A DNA stretch of 64,000 nt from Nymphaea colorata (taxonomy: Eukaryota). Shown here in pieces: positions 1-13,715 of this stretch (its first letter is position 1; the number at the start of each line of letters is the position of its first letter). A model generated the notes under the pieces. It searched no databases and had not been told where the DNA came from. It worked only from the letters and a program-made list of their open reading frames with translations. Both the position numbers and the translations under genes were made by a program. The DNA lies in assembly GCF_008831285.2 (NCBI RefSeq), contig NC_045138.2, forward strand, positions 1,364,001-1,428,000, written 5' to 3'.

Positions 1-168
1 GCCTGTTCTTAAGAGGTCAAACACATACACAGGGTGTTCGTCTTTAGACGGACAGCAAAGTCTGGAATATCTGGTGGTCAAATCGAGTTTTTTTAAATCA
101 TGGGAAATTTAAGACTAGCCATTTTACTTTCTTAGCTTATAAAATCCAAGTTAGACATTGTATTTATC

Positions 169-203
<35 letters not shown>

Positions 204-251
204 GAAAAATATTGTATTGGTGAAACTAGAACAGTAAGAGAAAAAGTGTAC

Positions 252-624
252 CTGTGAAGCTTTTGCGTGATTGATAGAGTTCTCCTGTCCATTGCAAGCA
301 ACTTTCTCCATCGTAAAGGTTTTTTAGTACCTAGCAAAAGCAATTTTTAATTGGTATACATCATAGTTAAGAGATACAAATCATTCATGTCTAATGTTGA
401 CACGAGGCACACACATAAATACTGCATGAACATGCGCGTGCACACACACACATAGGAGCAAGGGCAAATAATAACATCAAGATGGTAATCCTGACCTTAC
501 CAATGCAACTGCCCATTGTTTGCCATCTCCACAATCAATGCAAGTAGCTGTGATGCCACAACATATTGGCATTTTATTACATATGCAGCAGATGTCAACT
601 ACCAGTTAACTATAAATGAAGGTG
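252..624 (-). other. Two putative spliced exons (624-501 and 330-252) of a minus-strand transcript continuing off the left edge
   Basis: Minus strand reads tttcag|CACC...GCATTG|gtaagg and ttgctag|GTAC...CACAG|gtacac. ATG at 572 gives an open frame across both exons (MPICCGITATCIDCGDGKQWAVAL/VLKNLYDGESCLQWTGELYQSRKSFT). No family recognised. Confidence 0.3.
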
Positions 625-716
625 CTGAAAGCAACATCTTGTTTCTTGCTCTTTTCAACAGAAAGTGTAGAGACAAATAAAGGAAATGCCACAAATTCCC
701 AATGGCATCCTTCAAT
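342..716. repeat. Left arm of a near-identical inverted duplication (partner 3357-3682)
   Basis: aatttttaattggtatacatcatag...gaaatgccac...tcccaatggcatccttcaat is the reverse complement of 3357-3682, apart from scattered substitutions, small indels and a ~50 bp segment (about 450-503) missing from the right arm. Confidence 0.93.
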
Positions 717-733
717 GAATCCCCAACATTATA

Positions 734-1265
734 GGCTCCTTTTGATGCAAAGGAAGTTTTTTGCACGGTAAAATTATCAATGTATGGAAGGAAGAATTTT
801 TAGTTGAAAAAAGTTGGCCCTAGAGAGGTCCGACTTTTTTGCATGGGAAGTTTTTCCAAATTCACTTTTTTGAGTGGGAAGTTTTTCCAAATTCAATAAA
901 AAAACGCAGCGTAAAATTTACTATGTTTGATGTGCATGAGAAAACCATACAAACATTAAAAAAGTTGGGTACTTAGAAGGAAAGCGGAGATCATGAACAT
1001 TTACGAAGTCGAACGTTAGGGGCTTTGGATTGCCCCTGATCTGAAACCCTCATCATTTCAGAACCATTAACTTGAGATTAGATATTCTCATTTGAAATTA
1101 AATCGACTTTTTGCCAATTTTAAAAGGTAAAATAAGGATTTCAAGTACCGATTTTAGGTCGGGTCAAATACCTTTAACTTGATGAACCAAAGACTATGAT
1201 AGATCTTCTACATCAGATCCACAACAGATGCAAGAATTTTAAATATGAAGTAATCAAACGGAGCA
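734..1265. mobile_element. Probable PIF/Harbinger-type MITE
   Basis: Imperfect TIRs ggctccttttgat ... atcaaacggagca. Internal duplication of tgggaagtttttccaaattca. No clear TSD. Confidence 0.4.
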
Positions 1266-1459
1266 TGAGTCACAACTTAGTACAAGGCCACAAGCCCACT
1301 TTGATGATTTTAATTTGAGTTAGCTGGTACAGAAATTGTTTAATTTTCATAAGAATGTAAAATAGCACATTGGATAAGCACGTAAATATGTGAAAGAATA
1401 TGTTAGGCAACTATTTGTTAACTTTCCAAAGGTGCGTGGGAACTTACTATTTGTTCAAA

Positions 1460-1583
1460 TATAAGCCACCTTTTTTTGTATTTTTTTCTAATTTTCGTTT
1501 TCTTTCACTTTCCTCCTACACTATAAGCCACCTTTTTTTGTATTTTTTTCTAATTTTCGTTTTCTTTCAGTTTCCTCCTACAC
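1460..1583. repeat. 62-bp tandem duplication
   Basis: tataagccacc...cctcctacac occurs at 1460-1521 and 1522-1583 with one substitution. Confidence 0.9.
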
Positions 1584-1727
1584 CCAATTGCGCTCATACA
1601 AATTTTCTAAATCACAAAGCACTAGAAACCTAAATTAATTTATTAGGTTCTTTGTGGACTTACATTAAGTCAAATTTCTTGTCTGATTAACCAAAATTTG
1701 TTATGATGATCGGCAATTGGTCTAGAG

Positions 1728-2033
1728 AAGACCTGGGCATCAGGTCGGGCCGGCCTGGCTTGGCCCGACACGGGAAACCTGTGCCTGTGCCTGGGTCTGA
1801 TACTCGATGCTCGAGCCCAGCCTGGCCATATTAAAATAAAAAATAACTTTTAAATATAAAATAAAAGTTTTTGAATTTAAATTATATTTTAAATAATAAA
1901 ATATAATAATAAAAAATTAAAACAAAATAATTGGGCCGAATCGAGCCTACTCGGGCCAGCTTTTTTGGGCCCGGGCCCGATCTAGCAGGATACCGGGCAC
2001 CCATCGAGTATCTGAGTCCGTTGCCCAGGCTTA
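1728..2033. mobile_element. hAT-type MITE, family A (TAAGCCTGGGC-like TIR)
   Basis: Ends aagacctgggca ... tgcccaggctta. Perfect 8-bp TSD gtctagag at 1720-1727 and 2034-2041. GGCCC/CCGA-rich subterminal regions around an AT-rich core. Confidence 0.85.
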
Positions 2034-2265
2034 GTCTAGAGAATTGTCATTCTCACAAAATGTGACTCAAACACAAAAAAAAACCTTTCTCCCAATGCTG
2101 TTGTAAATGCAAAATACAAAGTACACAGGGCCAGGAATGTCATAATATGTCTTCCTTCCTTCAATCTATTACCAGTTTATATTCCGTTGGATCTAAGCAA
2201 ATGAGATTTCTCACATGCAATACACTAGCGTGTGCTACATTATATACACACACACGCACACACGC

Positions 2266-2302
<37 letters not shown>

Positions 2303-3356
2303 TATATATAATGATAATAATAATGAATAATTAGTGGGGTATTATGGAGGCTTTTGGCTTGGTTACAAATCTAGTTGGATTTCTGATCATCGATCATTGG
2401 AAACAAAATTATCACAGTGATGATCCAATTTGGAGCTTCATATCTCAAGATAGCTAGCTAGAGAACCTTAGCTGTCGATTCAAGCTACCTAGTGATAGTG
2501 ATGATCATGGCCTAATCGTACAAGGACACAACTAAACTTGGTATTTAGAGTATATCATACTTTGGAAAGTAATGAACTGACTTTGGTTTTCATTGTCTTC
2601 ATTTTAATTCTTATTGAATTTCTTTGAGTATTGTCTTTCTTGAGAAGTCCTCAAAGCAGCCCTGGATCCTGGGGTGATGGGGGGAAGGCTTTCGGCCTTC
2701 ACTTGGGTTAACATCCGATTGAGAAATTGGATTGGATTCGGACTAGGTGATGACATTCCATTGTAATTGGATTCATGTTTGGTTTTAAATGAATCTCCGA
2801 TTGGATTCATATTTATACATCCTTTAGCTTGAGCGTTTCAATCTCACCCTTTGCGCCCATGAAGATGGAACATGTGATGAGCTATTAACATGCCCACTGC
2901 CCGACCAGTTATGCTAAGCCATTTTTTTTTGTATAAAAGTAATTAAGATAGCCACGAACTTTTATAAAAACAGTTTCACGGCTGGACACGCCATTAAAAC
3001 TTAGTTTTGAGCGCTTGCATTAAAACATCAATTGATACGTCTCTGCAAGTAGTAGTTCATGCACCAACCTCATCAGTTCTTAAACTTAATGACCCAACAG
3101 TCTAGCATATTAAGTTATTTTAGAGAGGTGTTTGTGCCACCTGTGAAGGCAGGAGAATGGCCTTAGGGAATATTTATGCATCACATAAATTAAAAAGTGT
3201 ACAATTGCACGATTATTGTGGAGTGGCGTTGAGCAAGTCTATTCTTCACGCTTGCACTCAGACACACGCATGTACAGGCACATGCACATCTATATGTGCT
3301 TGTAGATGATATACATGACTGTTTTATATTCAAAATTTGAAGAGGAGGAACAGGAT

Positions 3357-3682
3357 ATTGAAGGATGCCATTGGGAGCTGGTGGCATTTCCTTTATTTGT
3401 CTCTACACTTTCTGTTGAAAAGAGCAAGAAACATTCGCTAGATGTTGCTTTCAGCACCCACATTTATAGTTAACTGGTAGTTGTCATCTGCTGCATATGT
3501 AATAAAATGCCAATATCTTGTGGCATCACAGTTACTTGCATTGATTGTGGAGATGGCAAACAATGGGCAGTTGCATGTGTGTGCACGCACATGTTCATGC
3601 AGTATTTATGTGTGTGCCTGGTGTCAACATTAGACATGAATGATTAGTATCTCTTAACTATGATGTATACCAATTAAAAATT
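3357..3682. repeat. Right arm of inverted duplication (partner 342-716)
   Basis: attgaaggatgccattggga...gtggcatttcctttatttgtctctacac...tgtataccaattaaaaatt reverse-complements 342-716. Confidence 0.93.
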
Positions 3683-6589
3683 TATGCACCTTGACATGTA
3701 CATACTGGCATTGGATCAAGAGATCTGATAATCTATGTCATATGAATATTTTTATGACTCTTTACATAAGGAATTAAGAAGTAGCTAAAAATAGAGTACC
3801 TACTCGATGCAGACTGCAATATGTTGGTGCCCAAGTGCAATTTTGTCTATAATACACAAAAAGGAAATGTGTCAAGGTATATACTGGGCCAGGCCTATAT
3901 GTATATATAATGATTAATTTGTGGTCTTTGTGATCAATAAAGATCTTGGCATGAAATGCTAACAACAGCTATAATTTGTGGTTCATTTTGCATGTTCCAA
4001 TGCACGATAAAATTTAAAATTTGGTAAATGAAAAAAAAATTAAGGGCGCAACTGCGCAAGATTCTATACATCAGCACTTGCTTAATTTTAATGCGGTACA
4101 AACAAAATAGCATGGCAAACTTAATTTTTCAAAGTTTTGGCAGTTTAGATGATAAGCAACTGCCATTGTATAAATAAAAGGATTTTTCAAAGTTTTGGCA
4201 GTTTAGATTATGTTAATCATGGATAGTGTCACTACAATAATACTGAATAAATATTTATAGATTAATACTAATTGAATATGGCTATGCACATAGGACCGAG
4301 TAAGCTATAAATATAAGGAAACAGCAAATACAGCGAAAACTAAAGAAAATCAAAGAGAAAAAGAAACTCATGATTTTCTCAAATCTGGACTGGTAGAAGT
4401 GCTTATAGACTGTGGATCTCTCATGTATTTAAAGATGAGAATTTTTCTGCTATAGTTGTCTTTTATTTTCATGAACTATGTTCTGATAAACATTTCCACA
4501 ATAATGTCAGTCATATATTTAAATTAATTATGATCCATCTAAGAAAAACAAATGTCTCTAAATAAACAAAAATCCTCAGTGGAATATATAGGGAGATAAT
4601 TCTACATCAGATCATATATATTCCAAATAAAAACTAAATATCCAAAAAAAGCCAAGAGAAACATCATTGGATCATGTAAAGCTTGTACAAGAAGATCTGC
4701 TGGCCACACCACCCTGCATCGTAAGTCCGAGCAGTTACAACTGTTATTTATAACTCTTCAGAAGTTTACTTGAATTCATAATGCACCAGAAATGATTGAT
4801 GATCAAGCATTTAGGTTGAGAATGTTTATTTGACTTGGTAGATAAAAAATAATTAATATAACACGGATTAATCTCTATGTAACATTAATTAAAGTTGGCT
4901 TCTTTCTTCGAGAGACCATATATGCAGTAATCCACCAGAGTATTCGCTTTTGAACTAGAAATGAGTGCTTTAACTTGCAGCATTGAATTAAATGCGAAGA
5001 ATCAGATGCATATATTTACATATAATCTCAATGTCTGATTATGACTTCAAACTTATTTGAAGATTAATCAAAAATGTATTTACTTAAGCAGAAAATTGAG
5101 GAGATCAAGATCAAAAGGGGGCTTGAGACAAGGTGGGTCCAAACAGAAGCACTTGGTAAGAGCCAGAATATCACATCAAATATAGTCATGTTGATGAACC
5201 CTAAAGCTACAAGAAATTGCACTTGAAATAACTTTAACCAAGTTGCATGTGTATACCAACCACATTAAATTGCCTTGATTTGGACTGCAGCCCAGCTGGG
5301 CCATCCCAAATAAGTTCCCTTGGTTAGTTTGCCTTGCCTTTAAATATGCATCCAAAAGGGAATTGATTGCATGCTTGGTCTCTAAAAGGAGGTCAGTTTC
5401 TCTATAAAGTTGCTTCCAGCAAGCCATTTGGGGTGGTGGGTGGGTGGGATTTGGATCCAATTGTTACCATTCCTGGATCCGGATAATTAATTGGATCTTT
5501 TGTATAGTTGGATCTGGATTCACATTTGACATTGGTCTAACCTGTTCCACCTTATGGTCACCTCTTTTGACATTGTAGAACTTAGAGTAAACTGAATACC
5601 AGAAAGTCCCCTGTCTGTAAAAAAAAAAAAAAAAAGCATCCTCCTTGAAGGGTAAAGAAGGAAAGCCATAAATTTTGTTCTTGTTTCTTTCATAAATTGT
5701 CTAATTACCTCTCCCACAAGCCCATGTGAGGGGCCGAGCATGTGTGCATGCTTGGGCATCGAACATGCATTGTGCTAGATGTGTCGCACAAGGAATGGTT
5801 GGATCCCAATTCACATTACAGTCATGAACAATGTGCCCATCTATTAGTATCTTTTCATTGGTTATTTGTTCAGACCCCTACACGAGCATGCTCAGGGTTC
5901 AAAATGAAAAAAATGGCCTCATTATTCGGAAACAGAGAAACATCCCTGGGCAAAAATGAAAAGATAGAAGTACCTCTAACACAGAATTGTGTGAGGGGTC
6001 GAACACGAAGGTGGGTGTTCGGGTCCAAATGCCCACTGTACCCTCTTAAGTGTAGCCTATTAATATAAGATTGTCATTTACTTCTTGGCACTCATTTTTG
6101 CTTCGATCAAAGGGGTCTGAACTACAACAAAGAGGCTTTAAGTCAATTCACCTAGCTAAGTTTATGAAGCCCTCGCATATAATCTCAAAAATCATGACAA
6201 AATGACCTCATATCAGATTTTTTATCCAACCCGATCCATTGGCATCATTAGAAACCAACTAGCCAGGTTGCATTTGTCTATGTTGTTCTGATTTCTTCCA
6301 ATAAGGAGTCAAAGAAAGACGGAAGCTACAAGTGATATGGAAAGGAGAACAAATAAATATGGTTATTCATTGCTCTAAGATAGGGTTATTTTATGCCCCA
6401 CGAAATCAACATCCTGTAAATTTAACAGTGGGGTTTTTCTCTTTAATTTCCAAATAAAAAACAAAAGCAACAAGAGTTCCATCCACTTGGCTAGGCATAG
6501 TTCGGAGTCTGAACTTTGTGATGATTAAGAGTTTAAAAAGTTGGCAGTGCTTGTTACCTCAGATCTTAGGTCTGATCTATTATAAATGA

Positions 6590-6770
6590 GGTTGTGTTTG
6601 TTCCACATTGAATCTCAGGTCCGTAGTTAGGATCTCAAATCGATAGGTTTAAGATCGGACCTCCTTCTGTCACACCTTAAATCCATGGTTTTTAACATAT
6701 TGCATGGATCTTAGATCCATGCTACTGAGATTCACTGCTTGATTAAATTGAAATCTCCCAAAACACGCCC
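6590..6770. mobile_element. PIF/Harbinger-type MITE (copy 1 of a local pair)
   Basis: Ends ggttgtgttt ... aaacacgccc. Internal ttaaatccatggtttttaacat...catgcta shared with 7366-7555. Confidence 0.6.
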
Positions 6771-7365
6771 TTTTATGCAGCATCAGATCTAAGAACTAAG
6801 GCTATCAAACTCAAATTGAATGTATTAGATCTGAGGATTCGAGGTCTCACCTTCATTCAACTTGGGTTAGAGTCCCTTTGAAATTTTATTTTACGGCACA
6901 TCGGTCGACTTTTGGAGTGTAAATGAGTTGAAGGGCAAAGGGGGTGCTTTTAGAAACAGCATATATAGTCATGTTTAGACCAAACGTAGCCCACACCTGC
7001 TTCAGCCCCTGCTTTGAAAACAATTGTATGTAAAGACCACACATCTATCTCCATCTTCTTGAATGGATAACAAAAGAAAAAAGAAACAATATGGTAGTAC
7101 ACACGATTGGACCTCTTGGGCTGCTTTTATTTTACTACATTGGTTAGCCAAGGCATCACCATCCTGTAAATTTAAGTCTGCCTACATAAAGGGGAAGACA
7201 TAGGTTCACGAAATGGAACTTGCAAAGAAGAAAAGGTGCACTAGCAATGGAACTGCATTCTTAAGACAATAAGTGCAAACCCGAAACCAATCAAGAAAAA
7301 AAAAACAAGACTAAAGCATGGGAGAGAGCATTCTTGAGACCATAAGTGCAGAATTGAAAATGTAA

Positions 7366-7555
7366 GGTTGTGTTTGGTTTACCGTAGATCTAAGATCCAT
7401 GGTGATATGAAAACTATCTCAAATCCATGGATTTAAGATCGGACACCTCCCCACAAAGCCGATCTTAAATTCATGGTTTTTAACATGTAGCATGAATTTG
7501 AAATTCATGCTATTAAGATCCTCAGTTTTAAACTGAAGATCTCTAAAAACATGTC
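7366..7555. mobile_element. PIF/Harbinger-type MITE (copy 2 of a local pair)
   Basis: taa|ggttgtgtttgg ... aaaacatgtc. Homologous to 6590-6770. Confidence 0.6.
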
Positions 7556-8404
7556 TTTTAATGCAACCTCCGAACAAACTCTACCTAAAGGGAAAAAAAC
7601 AAGATGAAAGAGAGTTGATAATGAATGAGCTTTGAAGAAGAGAGGCATGAAAGAACAACAGAAGAAACAAGAAGAAGAGAAAGTACAGAAAACGGTATGA
7701 GGTATCTCTCTCTCTCTCTCTCCCTCTCTCTCTGTTCCCTGGATTGGTCAAAGCTATTACTCGAACCTCTATATATCCTTGCGATCTCTTTCACTGCACC
7801 TAGGGGTAAAGATGTCTTCCTTTTTTAGGTTGTATTTTCAATAAAATTATATTAAGCCAAAGAGAAAATATTGGCCCAAATGATGTATTATTTTTGAGAA
7901 AATGTGAGATTTTGAAAGGTAATTGCATCCACAAAAGATGACATTTGATGATATTTTAAGATATTGTGGATGTGACAGTTCATTTTGAATAATAATGTAC
8001 TTAGAAACACACAATCAGAGGAAACTTTTAAGATATGTGATAATTTACAAAAAGTGAGGAATTTCAACTAGGCATCACCATACACATAAAATTGTAAATA
8101 ATTAGATGGATACTGGTGAACAAGAGCAAGGCATCCTCTTAAATAATTTAGGCATGCCTGTTGCAGCGGTAGTCGTAACAATAGATCAGTGACTAGACTA
8201 CCTAAACAAGTAGTTTCTTACATAACTATCTAGTCAAAAACCTAGCTAACATACAAATAACCAAAAGGAGTAACTAAAGACCAGCAAATGAATACATTAT
8301 ATAATTTGTGATAACTACTCTTTAGACATTGTACCAAAGCCTCATGTACACTATATTCAAGCTTCAGCTTACCTTGTTAACATGACGTCATGAACAGTCT
8401 TATC

Positions 8405-8683
8405 TGTATTATCCCCAAAAGTTTCATTTGCATCTAGATATCAACTCCATCATAGACCTTATGCTCAACCTCTAGCTCGTTGGATGGAACCAATATATCT
8501 TCATCCCTCGCCGATGGAGTTCCCTTTGTGATCGAAGAAGAGAGGAGAACTCGAGAAGAAGAAACCTGCAAATCGAGAGCTGCGAACAGCAGAAGAGAAG
8601 AGAAGAAGCATGAAAATGAAGTCCGCGAACTCCTTGGGTCCAGCAGAGCCCTCCATCTCTTTCTCTCAATCAACGATGGATTG

Positions 8684-8730
<47 letters not shown>

Positions 8731-11700
8731 GCTCAAATATGCACATGAGTGAATATCAATTAAAAAACTTCACGCCCTTTTATCTCTCAAATGGTGGGGG
8801 CCACTCACTTGTTTGCCACGGTATTCGCACCCCACCCCTTTCTCAAAGGGTGTCATATGCAAATCAGCAAAATTCTTTTAAAATTGAGGTTTTGAAAATT
8901 ATTTTAATGCAAAGGGATCCGCCCGTCGGTACGAGGTCCAACCGTTCCTACTGCCTTTAACACGGGTAATTAGACCAAGGACTAAGGATCATTTGGATCA
9001 TATACGAGTTTTTGATGCAAATCCTATATGCTTATGCATTGAGGTTTTGGATTCAATGACCAAAATTTATTTCGAATGAGTGATTTGAACTCGTTTTGAA
9101 TATTAGAGGATTTTCAAGTTGGTTCAAAAACCTTTGTTTTTGTGCCATTCGATTTGAAATACACAATTCTTGAGGATTTTGAAGAGTGAAATTGAGTTCT
9201 TTATTGTAAACTCTAAATGGTTCATGAGTTAAAATTATGATCAACTTTTGAAAAATAGCTAAGTTTCCTTAGCAAAGAAACTTGATTTTTCAATTCTTCT
9301 TTTGCCAAATCGTGTGATTTGATTAGGTAGAATTCATTCTTTTGATGAAACATATGTTTCAAATTGTTAAAAAATGTGTTGTTTTTCAAATATACTTTGG
9401 CCAAGATCATGAATGCATTGCTTGTGTTTTCTTTTGAAGTTAAGAGAAGTTTACATATTTTTGTTGCAATATGACTTGGTCACTTTTTACAACTCAAATT
9501 TGAATCACTTTAACTTCTTGAGAATGTGCATATGGTGCCATTGATTTTGAGTGAAAGTGAATGCATGAAATGAGAAGAAAAACTATATGGAACATTCATT
9601 CTTCTCTCTCTCATAATCTCTCAAGGTTCATTCATATGAAACATACATTCTTCACTCTCTCATAATCTCTTAAGGTCCATATTGCAATTGCACATCATAC
9701 GATCTACACATAGAGATTGATTTTAATTAACATGTAGGACTTTCTCTAAATATGTTTATTATATGATTAAGCATATGAATTAGAGATGTAGTCCATAAGC
9801 TTGAGACTTGACATAGAACTATCAAAATGATGAAAAATATACAAATGATGTCAAAATTAATTTTTTTTTTTTTTTGAAATAGATGGGAGACGTGGATGAC
9901 ATCCACTTTTGTCTCAAGATAGCTAAAAAAAAATCAGACCTTATGTTGATTTAGATAGCTGAAAATTGTGGACATTGATTCCAATAAAGAGCTTGTTTCT
10001 TAGATAGAAATGAGAAGTCCTTGATCAAATTTCAGATTTCGTACTCATGAAATTGTCAACTTCTTTGGATGGTTCTATGATAGTTGGCATTTCAAATATG
10101 TGAAATTTGACATTCTTAAACCAATTCCTATAAAACATGGTCTGATTTCAACAACATACATACATCTTACGTATGGATTGCTGAAATTAAGCAAATTTTA
10201 AAATGAAATGAAAATGATTTCATAACTTGGTACTATGAAAATCAAAATGAACCATCTTCTTAAAACTAGTTTGGAAACGTGTTCCAATCTGATTTTAAGA
10301 AAGGAAAGCAATTTTTAACAAGATATTGAACACACATATATATACATATAACAATGTATACATATACATATTTTACTCTTCAAAATGAAATTTCATGAAG
10401 GAATCACATAACTCACAAATCATGAAGATTCATGGTTGTGTTCTTTTACATGGGAAGATTGAAAACTCGTTCCAAATCTCCCCTACTATCCTTGATCAAT
10501 TAAATAAAGCATAAAACAAAATAACTTTAAATAGAAAGGGATAAATGAATGCTCAAGCTAGTTCATCCTTAATTTCGCCATGCAAAGGTGGATTACATTC
10601 ATGAGAATGCATCCATCCTTAATAGGCATTTTCGTCATATATATATTGCAGCAAGATCACTCTCTCACCGTGATATTCTCTCATAGTGGGGAGTTCAAAA
10701 TGGTTTTAAGCTGGTTATTTTGAAAGAGACGTGGCCTTGGGGCCTTTTTCAAAATTTGATACATAGGTTCATCTTTAAGAAAAACCGACGTATGCATGCA
10801 TGATACATTAACATGTACATTTAATCGTAGGTTTCTCTTAGCTGGACATCATTCCCAGCCATGAAACAAATGAAAATAAACCCTCTCATGAATTGCTGGA
10901 ATTAAAATGAACTAATGAGAAGCCAAAATAAATGAGAAATTGTTAAAATCACCTACCTTGCGGTCGGTCTTGATATTTGATCTTCGCCTTCACTTCTTTT
11001 CTAAATCGAGCAATCCTAAGCAAGAATCCAAACTTGGATTCGAGCTTAGCAAAGCTAGAAGTAGAATAGTTTGCTTGCTGGAATTTGTAGTAGGAAAGAA
11101 GGCTTCTCACCACGAAAATCCTAAGTAAGGGTTCACTTAAGCACCCTAACTTAACAAAATCAATGGAGAGAATAGAAGAAAATGAAGAAGAAAGTAAGAG
11201 AAAAAAGGGAAGAGTACTTGGACGAATCTCTCCTCTCTTCCTTGGCTTCTCTCTCCTAGCTCCTTGGCTGCAGCACTTGATGGAATACCTCAAAATTTCG
11301 TCCTGGGAGGTTTATATAGAGGAGGAGGTGGGTTCAACCACCTCCTTTAATTTTGCCTTAGAAGATTAATCAAGGCTTAGGGAGATGAAAATGGAATAAA
11401 TGGAGTTTTAATGACTTTATTTACTCATTCTTATCCCAATTGACCTAGCTGACCAACATTGACCAAATTTTGGATGAAAATGCCCTTGCATAGGGTTTTG
11501 CCTTATTTGTTTGAAATCGAGCTTGTTAGGTTAAAACCTAGTTATTAAGTTCCAAATACCATTGAATTATGATAATCCAACTTAAATTTGAATAAAATTT
11601 AAAAATTCTATCAAATTTGGCTCGAAAAGGGTATTTTCATCCATAATTTGATTGAGGAAGGATTTCAACTGAATCAGACTTTCGTTTGAAAAATTGAATT

Positions 11701-12645
11701 TTAAATTGGTATTTGTCTTATCTATTTGAAAAATCCAAATGTTTATTTGCCTTTCATAAACCAATTTGAGCTCTGTAAGTTCAATTTGACCATAGAAGGG
11801 CAAAATTGTTCACATTGGTCAATTTCGACCAATTGACGAAAGTCAAAGCTCATTTGTGAGTAGTTTGACTTTGTTTGAGGTAATTCGATAAATTTGAGCC
11901 AAGAAAGCTCTTAGTTGAGCTAAATTGTACTTTGACTGAGTTTAGTCAAAGTGGGTTTGGTTCGGTCAAAGTCTATTTTCGTCCATTAATTGGATCGTGA
12001 GACAAACCTATTTTTTGGCCAAGCTGAGCTCATGTTGACTGAGTCTAGCTAAGATTTGGGTGCACTAGGGTTGAACCTACTTGAATTAAGTGGGTTTGAC
12101 AAGCCTAGTTATTGCTTTTCGAATATTGAAAACTCTTTAAAAATGACCTAGTTAAAGAAGAGAGAGATGCATAAATGTTTCTCTTTTCCTAAGTTTTTAG
12201 TTATGATATCATTCATTTCTCCTTGAAAATTATTTTTTCATTTAATTGGGAGAAAATATTTATTTATTTATTTTTTTTAAATGGGGGGAGTGGCCCTGGG
12301 GGGCTCTTGACCACACGGGCTAGGTGGGGCCCACACGTGGGTCCCACATAGCATTCTAGACCGAATTAGATCCAATTTTTGGATCTAAGTCAAAATTTGA
12401 ATTTTGCATTTGGATTTGGATTTCAAATCACATTTGCAATTGGATTTGGATTTCAAATCTTAATTTGGACATAGTTTGAACTCATAATCCTGCATTGGGA
12501 TTTGTGTCACAACTTAAATTCATAATTCGAATCCAAATTATGTTTAGGTTTGAAATTGGTTTTGAAATTGCAAAATTTCACAATTCTTTTGAGAAATTTT
12601 CACATTGCTTCAATTTTGATGTGAAAAAATTTGGGGCACACTGCA
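8405..12645. mobile_element. Probable degenerate Ty3/Gypsy-type LTR-derived sequence (solo LTR or remnant)
   Basis: Ends tgtattatccccaaaa ... aaatttggggcacactgca resemble the TG..CCCC/GGGG..CA termini of long gypsy LTRs. Contains a promoter-like TATA + GA/CT-rich block (about 11160-11330) and short tandem duplications (about 9590-9680, 12402-12460). No coding domain and no matching TSD, so the boundaries are uncertain. Confidence 0.4.
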
Positions 12646-13323
12646 ATGGAGGATGACTTTGCAGTATTCAAATATTTTTTCTTTTTTATAATAAAAGTCA
12701 GAAAATTTTTGATAGAAAGAAATAGAATCACTGCTTACGGACATTAACTACTTAGATTTGGATCGGAGATAACATCAGCATAATTGAGTAATTTGGTTTA
12801 TTAGTATCAGAGTCCTATTCAGATTTAGGTATACAAATACTAATTATCCAAATTTTTTCATGTAATCTGATTCAGGTGTCCACAGAAATTGGGTATGAAA
12901 TACGATAACAAACCTCCATCCAGTTTTCCTAATCAGATCTAGATTTTCTTATTCAATCCAACCAGTCAAATCTGCATATGAATCAAAACATTAGTTTGTA
13001 TCTTAGGGTGGACATCCCTAGCGATACCCCAATATAAAGATTCGAGTCACTCGTTGGAAGAAAAATCCAAACCATGTGACGCCCTCACACCATACTCCTC
13101 GTGCTGCAGTTAAACTTTACTGGATGCTCGTGGATCTTGTCTATATCCTAACTACACTATGAGTAATCGTCTTTAACTATTAACTAGTGGGAAATTTAGG
13201 GCATAAATATTCCCGCTACGAGCTACACTTATTTGTTTTCTTTTATACGAGTCAAGTGAAGGGCAGATTATGCATGAAGTTACGAATGTGCTACGAGTGA
13301 GCGGATCTTGGCTGGAGTTCAGT

Positions 13324-13548
13324 TAGACCTGGGAATCGGTCCAGCCCGGCTCGATAAGGAGTCGGGCTGTGGTCCATCCGATACCCAAAACCCAGGCCTG
13401 GACCTGGCCTAACACCCGAAACCTGGGCCCAGGCTTGGCCCGACACCCAAAACCCAAGCTCAAATCTAGTTCAGCTCTGCCCGATTAAATTAAAAATTTG
13501 TTTTTTATGTAAAATATTATATAGATATAAATAATTATAATAAAATAT

Positions 13549-13587
<39 letters not shown>

Positions 13588-13715
13588 ATCAATGAAATTA
13601 ATATTAAAAAATCTTATCGAGTCAAACAAGGCTTAGTCAGGCCCACCCGAGCTGGCCCCGATGCCTTTTTTTGGGCCCGAGTCAGGCTAGGTACCCAATC
13701 TGACACCCAGCCTTA
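13324..13715. mobile_element. hAT-type MITE, family A
   Basis: tagacctggga ... cacccagcctta. TSD-like agttcagt/agttcaac (6/8). Same subterminal motifs as 1728-2033. Confidence 0.75.

Noticed and set aside
7585..8752. ORFs rich in ER/LS repeats
   Set aside because: Microsatellite and low-complexity translations.
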